Below, piece after piece: positions 12,201-23,750 of a stretch of DNA of 64,000 nucleotides. The position numbers and the translations under genes are program-made. Position 1 is the stretch's first letter. Every line of letters starts with the position of its first letter. Under the pieces are notes generated by a model, which had not been told where the DNA came from, ran no database searches, and saw only the letters and a program-made list of their open reading frames with translations. This stretch comes from Antedon mediterranea (taxonomy: Eukaryota; Animalia; Echinodermata): assembly GCF_964355755.1 (NCBI RefSeq), contig NC_092672.1, positions 4,650,001 to 4,714,000 of the forward strand, written 5' to 3'.

Positions 12201-15200
12201 GGTGTTAGTAGTCTGTGAGTGTTAGATAATTACACAAACCAGTAGTGGTGTTAGTAGTCTGTGAGTGTTAGATAATTACACAAACCAGTAGTGGTGTTAG
12301 TAGTCTATGAGTGTTAGATAATTACACAAACCAGTAGTGGTGTTAGTAGTCTGTGAGTGCTAGCTAATTACACAAACCAGTAGTGGTGTTAGTAGTCTAT
12401 GAGTGCTAGCTTTATAAACCAACAATAGCCTGTGCTCTCCAGAGGGAGGGCTTTAGATACGAAAGTGAAAAGTTCCTAGAACACTCCTGTATTATAATGG
12501 ACCAATCCGCAACAACGCCCTCATGTGGAAACGTTCTAACGTACCACCGTCATCATTTTCTCATTGTCGGTTTATACAGGTAAAGCTAGGCACGAAATAT
12601 ATAGAAAAATATTTATACTACAAAATTTAAAGATGGTAATTAATGAATACAGTAGAACCTCTCCTTTAGGACACCCATATTAAAAGGACACCCCTATTAA
12701 GGGAACACCCCTATTAAGGGGACACCCATATCAAGGGGGACACCCATATCAAGGGGGACACCCATATCAAGGGGGACACCCATATCAAGGGGGACACCCA
12801 TATCAAGGGGGACACCCATATCAAGGGGGACACCCATATCAAGGGGGACACCCATATCAAGGGGGACACCCATATCAAGGGGACACCCATATCAAGGGGA
12901 CACCCCTATCAAGGGGACACCCCTATCAAGGGGACACCCCTATCAAGGGGACACCCCTATCAAGGGGACACCCCTATCAAGGGGACACCCCTATCAAGGG
13001 GACACCCCTATCAAGGGGACACCCCTATCAAGGGGACACCCCTATCAAGGGGACACCCCTATCAAGGGGACACCCCTATCAAGGGGACACCCCTATCAAG
13101 GGGACACCCCTATCAAGGGGACACCCCTATCAAGGGGACACCCCTATCAAGGGGACACCCATAATAAGGGGACACCCCTATTAAGGGGACACCCTATCAA
13201 GGGGACACCCCCATTAAGGGGACACCCATATTAAGGGACACCCATAATAAGGGGACACCCCTATTAAGGGGACACACCTATTAAGGGGACACCCATATTA
13301 AGGGACACCCCTATTAAGGGGACACCCCTATTAAGGAGACACCCCTATTAAGGGGACAATTTCCAGTGAAATTAATGAGGGAGCATATGTCATCCCCTAC
13401 AGTATTCTCTCTATTATGATTGTTGTGCTTGTGATTGCCTTTTTGTGTGGTTTTAAAACGTTTTATGAATCTTTGTATACCACAACGAAATGAATTTCCC
13501 CGGAATTTACGATAATAAAGTTTATTGAATTGAATTATATTATAGTTGTTAATTTTGGGAAATTCAAAATAAACGAATAAATTATATTAAGAATACATGT
13601 TTTATAAATTCTTTATATTGCTTTTTAAGTCTGTAATGCCTTTGACCTATATACTGTATGCACTACATTCCTGTAGGCAACCGTTTACTCAAATACCTTA
13701 TAAATATTTATTTATTTTTCAAATCCCTCAATCCTCCAGTTTGGACAAAAAATAAATCACACTGCCTGAATTATAGTATACTACTGTATATTACTAAGCT
13801 AAACCGATATCTAATAAATAAAAATCTAAAAGTATTAGATGTTGTACTTAATATGTAATAATGTATATTGGCTAATTTAGTAAAGTGTAACTAAGCTGCG
13901 GACAGAGCAAACGAGATGTCTCATTATTTAAATTCAGCAATAATGTAAGCTCAGAAGATCGAACCCAGGACACATGAATTATAGGTCAATTAATGTCTGT
14001 ATTGCAACAGTATACCACTGTACAAGCTCTCTTGAAGACATGTTTACTTTCTCATGTCTCGAAAAGAAATGATGATGGTGGTTTGTGATGAGGCTTCCAC
14101 TTGAGGGCATAGTTCATGGACTATACCCTTTGTGGAGAGGGGTGTTCAATGAAAATTTCTACTTTTCGAGGTATATCTCGCTCTTCGAGGAGAAGGACTA
14201 TTGTCGGTTTATCCAGGTAAGCTAGGTACGAAATAGACTCAGCAATAATGTAAGCTCAGAAGATCGAACCCAGGACACGTGAATTATAGGTCAATTAATG
14301 TCTGTATTTTCCACTATATACTATAGAGTACAGTAGAATGTACAGTACTGTAAAATAACTTAAGGGACAACTTTAACACAATCCTTGGCACACTCAAAGT
14401 TTATGTATTGTTTTAATGTTGCTAAAATTAATAAAATAAAATAAAATAAAACACCTTTAAGTTTAAACTTAATTTTGTGTCCCTCTAAGTAGGGGTTGGA
14501 TGGTTTAAATTGCCCTTTGTTTGTTTCAAGGAGAAGTGTCCATTTTTAAGTGAGTTGTCCCTTAAGCTTGGTTCTCACTAGAATGTAACGCAAGGACGTA
14601 AACGCAACGCAAGCGTTTTAACCAATGACAAGCGAAGTTATAGACAGTTAAAGCAATCACAAGCGAATAAGCCATCGCTTGTGATTGGTCAATTCATTTG
14701 CGTTGCGTTATGTCCTTGCGTTGCGTCGCTAGTGGGAACCACACTTTAGAGCCTTAAACATAATGTAGACACTTTTTTTGTAATGTTTTTGTTTTTTAGT
14801 TCGTGTTGTGTCCGTTGGATATTGTGCTCCGCCAACAGAGCAAACAGAATTTCTATGTTTTTTCTAAAAACAAATGATAATAAATGATACTTGACTTGAA
14901 AACTAGTTTGACAAAAAAAGTGTGATGTACCCAAATATGGTAGTGATAAAACCAAATATGGTAGTGATATAACCAAATATGGTAGTGATATAACCAAATA
15001 TGGTAGTGATATAACCAAATATGGTAGTGATATAACCAAATATGGTAGTGATATAACCAAATATGGTAGTGATATAACCAAATATGGTAGTGATATAACC
15101 GAATATGGTAGTGATATAACCGAATATGGTAGTGATATAACCAAATATGGTAGTGATATAACCAAATATGGTAGTGATATAACCAAATATGGTAGTGATA

Positions 15201-18200
15201 TAACCAAATATGGTAGTGATATAACCAAATATGGTAGTGATATAACCAAATATGGTAGTGATATAACCAAATATGGTAGTGATATAACCAAATATGGTAG
15301 TGATATAACCAAATATGGTAGTGATATAACCAAATAAGGTAGTGATATAACCAAATATGGTAGTGATATAACCAAATATGGTAGTGATATAACCAAATAT
15401 GGCAGTGATATGATAGGGATGTCACAATGAAGGGGTTCTATTGTATTTTAGTACAGAAAATGTTTTCAATTTTGAATTCAATGCGATTACTATATGACAA
15501 TATAAACATGTATTTATTATATTAGCATGTGCATTTTGTAGACCAGGTGTCACTATGTATTGTTTCGGGGGTGTCACAGGAATAACACCAGTGAAAGAAT
15601 TCTAACGGACCACAGCCTCATAATTGAATAACAATTACATTCGGCCTTGAACATTTGTCAGAATAAAGTCATTTTATTGTAATGCAAATGGTAGAGAATT
15701 ACTGCTAATAATACCTCAGATATTACATATCAACATTAATGAATTATTAGATTTATTGTATATTAATTATAATGTATGTATAATTTTTATAATAACTGAT
15801 AATTATTATAGCTAATAACAGTCATGATAGAAAAGAAAACAATAAATTAAAATATAGTAAATAAAGTTTTTGTAAATATTATGGAAAACAATAACGTTTA
15901 TATTTTTTATTTTAGATTATAAAAGAATCCCAATGGAAATAAGCTAATAAGCTTTTTGGGCTATCCTGGAAATCTTTTATAAATGTATGTATGTCAGTAA
16001 TTTATGTTATCAATTTGTATGTATTTTTTATGATGATTTTCCTAATAAATTCAAATCAAATCAATCAATCCAGAAACTCTATCAACGGGGACACCTCAGG
16101 TCCACCAAAGTGTATTCAATAGGTGTACCCTGAATAGGGGTTGGTATTGTATCACCAGGGAGATACATCTCCCTGGTATCACATTACTGTATTAAATAAA
16201 CCATTATACTTTCTTAGTAATGTTTCCACAGGAAAGTGTTTACAGTGTCACAAACAAGATCTAAGTATCATTAAATGTCTAGATATCTATTCCTAATTCT
16301 ATATAACACTCAATATGAAAATGTATGACATAAAATTCCATATTATTTGTTTATATTATCAGTAGTAAGTTTTCAATAAAAACTAAAAATGTATTATTAG
16401 TATTATTACAGTATTTAATAAAATTAAATTATTAATTATGAAAAAAAAAATTAATTTGAATTATCAAATAAGCTAATCTGAACCTGAAATACTAACTACA
16501 AAACAACGCTACTTACATTAAATATCGAATGAACAGAAAAACAGCAAGTCCACAAAAAAAACATTTCCAGTGAAAATTCAGATTTCAGAAAATAAAACCA
16601 TTTTCTAATAATCATAAGAACATTCAGTCACCTCACAGCGAGTTTATACTTAGTCCCTTGCTTGGTACAATATACTATACAGTAAGACTTACTTTATACT
16701 GTAGTATGGAAATGGCTAACAATTATAATGTAGATGTCACATATGCTGGTAACTGGCTGTATAATGTAAAATATTAACATAATTTACAGTACAGCAACTT
16801 TAAATGGAAAGAAAACAAACACATGTTGTTGAAATATTTAAAAAAAATCAGTTTATGAAAAAAAACCACAATTGGGACACTTGACTACTGATGACGTACA
16901 TAAATGTAATCAAAATTCTTTAAAATTGGTTAAAGTTTATAACATAGAAAACAATTGTTGCCATTTATTTTTCATTTGTCACTAAATTTATTGCAAATTT
17001 GTTGGTAAATTAATGTTTGTTGAAATAAATCATTCTTAATGATATTCTTAAGATATCCATATTTGTTATGTAATTTGTAATGATGAGAATGAATGAATAA
17101 ATGAAACCAAAACTCATGAGAAATAAATCTTTGTTCTTGAACCAGATCTACAGGACCACAATGGAAATAAGTTTGCCGTCTCGGTACTTTTTTGTGTTTT
17201 TATCCTATTGATTTTATATCAGAATAAAGAAAAAAAAAAAATACAGTAGGATTTGAACACAAGAATTTGCAACTAGAAAGCAAGTCTAAAACCACCAAGC
17301 TAGATCACCATGGCATCATGAAAATAAATGTATGTTTCAGTTTGTTGCTCCTGAATTTTTACTAACCGTATTTTCATAATAATGATTAATATTAAGTTTC
17401 AGATTATTTAAAACAATCATAGCTACTGTTGTATAGATCGAAAAAGGCAAATTCTCAATGTGTTCTTAAAAAAAAAAAATATTTTACTGTAAATCACATC
17501 CACGTTTATACATGTTTTATTGTTTTTTTCCATTTCATTTCAAACTTACAAAAAGACAAGATAACAGGGAAAAAAAGCAATTTGAGAAAAAAAAAGAAAA
17601 ACCAATATCAATGTGTTCGGTCTCTTTATTTGGAGTCAAACTTATTTTCATTTTTTCCTTCTTATCATCAAATTGTAACAATAATGGTAAATATCATAGG
17701 AAGGAGCTATGTAAATCTAGTTTTATATTTTATAATGGTTAATTTCATACCTTTGAATTTGTAAAGTGCAAAAAAAAACGGATATCAAAGCACTATGAAA
17801 ATGTAGTGAATATTCACGGAAAAGGGTGAAAATTTACAGTCAACCAAACTATAGTATAGTGATACTCCCTCGTTGCTAACCATGATCGAGCTAATGAACC
17901 GCGACCCTAATCTCAATCTTTGTTTTGTTCATTTTGTAGTATAAATTGTCTAAAATACAAATTGCAATAGATGAATAAATGCATTATCAATTGCTAGCTC
18001 CTCATTAGTCATAATGTTTCGTGGTTGACATCTTCGTAATTTGCAGTTACACATGATGTATCGTTATGTATTTTGTGCATTACTGGAATGGATATTGCAA
18101 AAAGGATCTTGGAAAATGATAATGTAGTACTGTAGTATAAAATTGATTGTAATGTGAAGAAATGCCATCTTTGTATTTTCCATGGCAGTATCACTGTTAT

Positions 18201-19580
18201 GTATGCAAATTCATTGGAAACTCTACCTGGCCAGTGATAATATACTGGAAATTAAACAGTGAGGAAGATGGGAAAATCTGTGAGAATGAGAGAAAAAAAA
18301 AACCACCCTGAGTGAGATTCGAACCCAAAATCTTCTGATGCACACATCCTACAGAATGACCACTGGGACTTTCATGATATAGTTAACAAATTGGATTGGA
18401 TGGTTTACTCTGTTTTACTAGTGTCCTCACACAGGAATGAAATTAACTTTGTTAATTTAGTAGAAAAATAAATTAATGTACTAGTGTAGAGTCTGGTTGT
18501 TGGGGGAGGGGGGGGGGGGTTGTACCACTGTAACTGTTACTACTATAGTATCAGACAGAGACAGACATTCATTTCACTGTTTCGGCATTGTAATGACTGG
18601 AACAAATTACCATATACTATAATATAAATAATCTTAAAACTAATATCTGGAGCAACATTGGAACATGGAAAAAAAAAACAATTAATTTTTTTCCTCCATG
18701 ATTGGAAACACCATTACCATAACTTTGAGACATGTATTAAGGTTGACGAAGAGGGTTTTAATAACGAATATTTTTATCAAATACCCATCCTTGACTTTCG
18801 CTTAATAAAAAGACATCAAAAAAAGTTGGCTACTGTACATTTAGCCAGAATCCACTGTCTTCTCTAGACACTTTAATTAACTTACTATAGAAAAGTAAAA
18901 CAGGAACATACCTGTACTGTAATGTTCTTCAAAGACACTTTAGGTGTTGAGGAAAACGAGGGCACAAAATTTGGGGGCGGTGTTTTATTCGGTGTGGAAG
19001 ACGATAGCTCAACTTGTGCTGCTGCGTTACCATTGTCATCAAAATCATTTGATTCGCCAATAATGTCATCTTCTAAAGCAAGATAACGTGTATAATTATC
19101 GGCCATACGCTTTCCTTTTCCACGTTTTCTATAAGAAGCTTTCATTCGGGCTGCCTTAGCACCGGTTACACCTTCCTCGATTATTGGAGAAAGAGGCGCC
19201 GCAAAAGCTGTAATTGTATTGTTTGTTTGCAAGTAATCCTTTAACACATCATCATTATCAACACAATCGTCATCATTTAAATCTGGTGCAGTTCTTTCTG
19301 GTTCTAAAAGTTCATTGGAATTTAATGGGAATTGCATGGAATTGGAAGTAGGTACATTGGAAGAAATATTTGAGTCATTTAAATCAACTGGTAAAGGCAC
19401 ATTTGTTGTCCTTGTTTTCTTTTCATTTGCTTCCTTTCTGCGACTATCTTTCTTTTCTTTATTCATTAACCGTGTCATGTGCCTCCGCAACTCTTCTTCC
19501 CTGGTTGGTTTTGCGGATCGTCCATTACTGGTTGAGGAGTTCTCTTTTGATGGTTTAATTTCGCCATTTACAGACTCCAT
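3144..19580 (-). CDS. Unidentified protein-coding gene (disordered N-terminus followed by coiled coil), 3' end probably beyond the left edge
   Basis: Exon 18912-19580 (MESVNGEIKP...KNITVQ, donor CAG|GTATGT, phase 0) is phase-compatible with exon 3144-3251 (acceptor tttattctttcgctctcag, 36 aa PSRNLPEDGKKDVENLQFIQNLEKRIKVLEADKQSL, donor TTG|GTATGT). Joining the two is inference; family not recognised. Confidence 0.65.
3600..4800. repeat. Degenerate 14-bp minisatellite (gatgatggtgttgt)n
   Basis: About 1.2 kb of GAT/GGT/GTT tandem units; source of the His-rich ORFs at 4123-4814. Confidence 0.95.
6151..6482 (+). mobile_element. Two MITE family A copies (6151-6226 internally deleted; 6336-6482)
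   Basis: TIR and internal repeat matches. Confidence 0.8.
7060..7228 (+). mobile_element. Inverted repeat with hammerhead-like motif, probable Penelope-like retroelement remnant
   Basis: Arms 7060-7115 and 7171-7228; the spacer carries GTGACCA-A-GGCTA(loop)TAGCC-GAAA-CG-TA. Confidence 0.6.
7743..7870 (+). mobile_element. hAT-like transposon end (truncated)
   Basis: CAGGGGTCCCAAG terminus followed by subterminal CTACCGC repeats; matching second end not found. Confidence 0.5.
8035..8208 (+). mobile_element. MITE family A copy
   Basis: Full TIRs, TAA target duplication on both sides. Confidence 0.88.
8660..8792 (-). mobile_element. MITE family A copy
   Basis: Reverse orientation, TTA on both sides. 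Confidence 0.85.
9415..9535 (-). repeat. Dispersed repeat with a tRNA-like head (second copy 18270-18400)
   Basis: Shared aaatctgtgagaatga...gagattcgaac...actgggactttcat; B-box-like GTTCGAATC on the minus strand. Confidence 0.55.
9908..10072 (-). mobile_element. MITE family A copy
   Basis: TIR and 21-bp internal repeats. Confidence 0.82.
10550..10760 (-). mobile_element. tRNA-derived SINE (head degenerate), same family as 42240-42560
   Basis: Reverse match to ggttctggtggtagaac...gataaggactataaaccgtag...tgcactttaaa...cactgatc...ctgggccctctggg. Confidence 0.8.
11674..12410. repeat. 46-bp tandem satellite, about 16 near-identical units
   Basis: Unit ttagataattacacaaaccagtagtggtgttagtagtctgtgagtg. 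Confidence 0.97.
12406..12600. mobile_element. Dispersed element with CTAGCTT(T)ACCTGGATAAACC(G/A)ACAAT inverted ends (related copies about 733-910 and 14040-14238)
   Basis: Terminal motif seen in both orientations here and in the two other copies. Confidence 0.6.
12648..13340. repeat. 19-20-bp minisatellite (aaggggacacccctatc)n expanded inside a Tc1/pogo-like MITE end
   Basis: Array starts right after TA-CAGTAGAACCTC; unexpanded relatives near 16070-16152 and 46020-46075. Confidence 0.9.
14565..14745. mobile_element. Harbinger-like MITE family B copy
   Basis: TIR AGCTTGGTTC(T/C)CACTAG, internal CGCAA/TTGCG arms, TTA on both sides. Confidence 0.85.
14898..15412 (-). repeat. 21-bp minisatellite (ccaaatatggtagtgatataa)n, about 23 units, inside a truncated MITE family A copy
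   Basis: Preceded by MITE-A sequence aactagtttgacaaaaaaagtgtgatgt; source of the ISLPYLV repeat ORFs. Confidence 0.95.
18912..19580 (-). CDS. First coding exon of the unidentified gene (223 codons, S/N/D/K/E-rich)
   Basis: Long stop-free non-repetitive ORF in AT-rich DNA; upstream acceptor ttttttttctttgaatgtag at 19700; upstream UTR-exon donor AAG|GTGAGT at 20156. Confidence 0.8.
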
Positions 19581-20400
19581 TGTAAATATTGTGCGAGTAA
19601 AATAATAAAAGATTTAATTTCTTCTTTCTTCCTTCATTCTGTCTTTTTGTTTTAGTAGAAACTCACCTACAGTACTGTAGTACAAGTATCAATCTGTTTC
19701 TACATTCAAAGAAAAAAAATTGTACAAATTTAATTTAAAAAAATGATTTAAGTCTAGCAAATAAAGCTTTAAGCCTTGCTCTGAACCAAAAAACGTTGTT
19801 GTACGTTGTACATTATACAGTAGGCATAGGGCCTAGCCTCTAGGCTAAATAAATAGCAAATTGAATATGTCTTTTTTTACTCTTTCCATTACTTGAAATC
19901 CTTTGAAATATTTAGATTATTACACACATATCATATGTCGAAGCCAGTAGAATCAAACAGTCACACATCGTTACAATATACTGTAGTAGCGTACTAGCCT
20001 AGGCTAAGCTCAACAAGATCAGACGGCATATCGTAGATCGACCACCAGGGTAGACCCCGGTACGACAACAAGGCTAGGCCGGGTACAGTCACTAAGTCTA
20101 CTGGTGACTAATTCGTTAAGAATTTCATTTTTGTTTAAAACTGAAGTAACACTCACCTTTTAACGTAACCAGATACAACATGTTTTTTTTAAATATAGGT
20201 CACAATGTTGACCTGATGATCTGGGATCTTTAAATAGTTATAAAAATCAACAAAGTTAATGATAAATATTTTTAAGGCTACCTCCAAACAACAACCAAAA
20301 TCAACAGATGTGTTTGTTTGCAATATCGCCCTCTATAATAAGAACGAACTCAAAACTATTTTCACACAACATTATAATACACTCACAGCGACTATCATAA

Positions 20401-20556
20401 GGCTCTGTCTACACTATCAAACTAAAAAAAATGTGATGTGCCCAAATATGGTAGTGATATGCCCAAATATGGTTAGTGATATGATGTCATCGTGTTCATA
20501 TAATGGGCATATCACATTTTTTTTGTCACATAAAGTTTGATAGTGTAGACAGAGCT
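20401..20556 (-). mobile_element. MITE family A copy
   Basis: Full TIRs, TAA on both sides; sits just upstream of the unidentified gene. Confidence 0.88.
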
Positions 20557-21774
20557 TAACGCATATTAAAAACAAAGCCATTAAAATTGTTGTTTAACAA
20601 TCCACTTTTACAATCCATATTTCTACAAATTACGTCAGAAATAAACAAAAACCAAACTACACAAATATTAAACTTCACATTATTCATCATTTCAAATTTA
20701 TGCCGAATATTATCAAAGAACTTCAGGCTGAGAATGCAACATCTTGCAATAATGAGTATGTTATCGAGTAGAATCCGCTTAAAGAACTTGATAAACCGAA
20801 CCAAGTTCATACAATGCTTTGAAGCGAAGGTGGTGGACGGCCTACCTTGTATATTATTATGAATTGTCAACAGTTCTGTTTACTACTACTTTTAAGTTGT
20901 AACTTGTTTATTTGTGCAAACTCAGGATGGTTTACAAAATTATGTACTATTGAAGTTGAAGAGTTTGATTCTACCAACAAACAGCACCTTCAAATTTTAC
21001 AGGATAGGCCAACCAGAACAAATAATTTTGTTCGAAATTGTGGTATGAATTAATTTTTTTATATAAATAACTGTTCAGACTTCAGATAGTCCTAAGTACC
21101 TTTTCTAAGTTTAAGTATATTGTCCATGAATTAGTTAACACTGCTTCCAATCTATAGATTAGATTAACTTTTAGGCTTTTCTTTTTGTTATTTTTATTAT
21201 GTGTATTCTTATTTATATCTATATTTTCATTCTGTAATTGATGTATACACTGTCGGATGTGAAAGAATAAAATAAAAAAAATATAGTAACACAGCGTTAT
21301 ACGCCAGGGTTTTAAATCAGAGTATTTCTCGTCCCTTTTTGGGTCCTAATGGTCTTATCAGTCATTTTCTCAAATTGAACTCTCTTTCAATTTCTGTTTT
21401 CAGATGGCAAGCCAAACTTCGTTCTGGGTGCTACAGTTGTACCAAGTCCTATGCGGATTGGCCAAAACTCGACTCTATCACTTGTTGTTGGAAGTTGTAA
21501 ATAGTTTGTTATAAATTACACACAAGCAATTAAACAAATATTGTAGACGCAATTGATGCATAAGTACCAGTCTTTTGTAATATAGAATATCGATACGCAT
21601 CGGATATTTTGATTATTAGAGACCCGGCGGCCGTACGCGATTAATTAATTAGAAAACGATACGGGTCGGGTATGACAACAAGAAAAAGCCACCTAACCGA
21701 CGTCGGAACTTTATTCTTGATAAGCAGACCATTACACCACTGGAATTGGTAAAATCAATAAACACCGTACTTAA

Positions 21775-21909
21775 AGCTTGGTTTTCACTAGGACGCAGCG
21801 CAAGGACGTAAGCCGAAACACAAGCGAACTGATCAATCAAAAGCGATAGATTACTCGAACTGTCGCGTGTGATTGGTCAATTCGCTTAAGTCCTAGTGAG
21901 AATCAAGCC
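21775..21909. mobile_element. MITE family B copy
   Basis: AGCTTGGTTTTCACTAGGAC ... GTCCTAGTGAGAATCAAGC. Confidence 0.8.
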
Positions 21910-22413
21910 TTGGCGTAGTACGGCTGAACGGCAGTTCTCAATTATAAAATCTTGTTTTGCTTTTTAGTAAATGGGACATACTACGGTAAAGGGTTTGCAG
22001 ATGTGTGGATAGATTCTATTCCGTTTTATAGAATGCCATTTTCTCTTGAATGCGACAGAGATACATCAGTGAGGCGTATATGCCCAGGTATTAAAGGAAG
22101 TAGGTTTAAATTATGTTGTTTTATAATTTAAAATGACTATAAGATCCATGCAATAAATATAAAAACAAATATATGTAGATAAAGACATGTTAATGAAAAT
22201 GTTATATTATTATAGACATTCTATGTGGTCTATGTATAAATAATGGAAAGAATAAAAGACGCAACCACCAAAGAGAAAAACAAATCTATAAAAACAAACG
22301 TCAAAGTCGGACGTGCCATTGTGATTAATCAATATTGTAATTCAATTGGTAGCATGAGTCAATGAGGAATCAAGGGAGAATTTAACAAATAACTAAACTA
22401 ATTTCTCCGTGGA

Positions 22414-22739
22414 TTAAAGATGTATTGTCCCCCTGAAAAAAATCATTCTTACAATTTGTTTTTTGAATATGCCAATTTAATGTCACATAATAGTTATTCC
22501 ATTTGACCAAAAATATTATTTACCTGAAAAACTGTAATTTAAAGCAACAAAATAGTAAAATTGACTGCCAGCCAATAGGTTTTTGGTTGAATGTAACCAT
22601 ATTTACGTTTGTCATTTTAAGTGAAAACATTTTTTTTCTAAGAAAGTGATTAACTTGATTAAAACTACAAAATAACCTATTCAAAGTGTGATTTAATTAA
22701 TCTTTATTTTTCAGTTTTTGGGGGACAATACATCTTTAA
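22414..22739 (+). mobile_element. TTAA-flanked Kolobok-like MITE
   Basis: TTAA-AGATGTATTGTCCCC ... GGGGACAATACATCT-TTAA perfect TIRs. Confidence 0.88.
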
Positions 22740-22789
22740 CATAATCATTTTAAATAGGCCTACCCGACGCCTGAAATCTAGCTAACATA

Positions 22790-23080
22790 AGATAAGATAA
22801 CTTTTATTGATCCTCAAAAAGGAAATTCATTGCTCGTCAAAAAAAGAAAACACTATAAATACAAATATAGGATAGAACAACAATTCATAAAAAAACATTT
22901 AAAAAATTCAAAATAAGTTAAGTTATTACATAGGTTCACTATAATATCTCTATGGTTATTATCTTCTTGACTTCCTGTTGTACTGGATGATACCGGAGGG
23001 GATAAAGGATTTGGCATATCGATTTGTTTTCACACTGAGGAGTCTCAATCTACCACTTGGATTAAATTGGTCTATGATTA
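22790..23080 (-). mobile_element. 5'-truncated LINE 3' end (Rex1/L2-group-like ORF2 C-terminus)
   Basis: Translates to PSGRLRLLSVKTNRYAKSFIPSGIIQYNRKSRR-stop, then AT-rich UTR, AATAAA and (ATCTT)n tail. Confidence 0.75.
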
Positions 23081-23750
23081 CATAGTGAATTGTCGATTCG
23101 GTGTAAATGTGCCTCCAATCTAGCTAACATAGTGAATTGTCTATTCGGTGTAAATGTGCCTCCAATCTAGCTAACATAGTGAATTGTCTATTCGGTGTAA
23201 ATGTGCCTCCAATCTAGCTAACATAGTGAATTGTCTATTCGGTGTAAATGTGCCTCCAATCTAGCTAACATAGTGAATTGTATATTCGGTGTAAATGTGC
23301 CTCCAATCTAGCTAACATAGTGAATTGTCTATTGGGTGTAAATGTGCCTCCAATCTAGCTAACATAGTGAATTGTCTATTCGGTGTAAATGTGCCTCCAA
23401 TTCTATTCTTTAATCCATGCTCCAATCTAGCTAACATAGTGAATTGTCTATTCGGTGTAAATGTGCCTCCAATCTAGCTGACATAGTGAATTGTCTATTC
23501 GGTGTAAATGTGCCTCCAATCTAGCTAACATAGTGAATTGTCTATTCGGTGTAAATGTGCCTCCAATCTAGCTGACATAGTGAATTGTCTATTCGGTGTA
23601 AATGTGCCTCCAATCTAGCTAACATAGTGAATTGTCTATTCGGTGTAAATGTGCCTCCAATCTAGCTAACATAGTGAATTGTCTATTCGGTGTAAATGTG
23701 CCTCAAATGTAGCTAACATTGTGAATTGTTGTCTATTAGGTGTGAACGTT
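23080..23750. repeat. 47-bp tandem satellite, about 14 units
   Basis: Unit ccaatctagctaacatagtgaattgtctattcggtgtaaatgtgcct. Confidence 0.97.

Noticed and set aside
11674-12410. Regular 46-bp (and 47-bp at 23080-23750) arrays as CRISPR
   Set aside because: Units are contiguous and near-identical with no unique spacers, there are no cas genes, and the DNA is eukaryotic.
14746-15425. 216-aa and 190-aa repeat ORFs (also 28959-29200, 25189-25431, 52032-53106, 58189-58480)
   Set aside because: By-products of tandem repeats with unit lengths divisible by 3, or of low-complexity tracts.
20847-21053. RPTRTNNF as a MULE transposase motif
   Set aside because: Only a 4-5 residue resemblance; the following EGWH and the rest of the domain are not seen.
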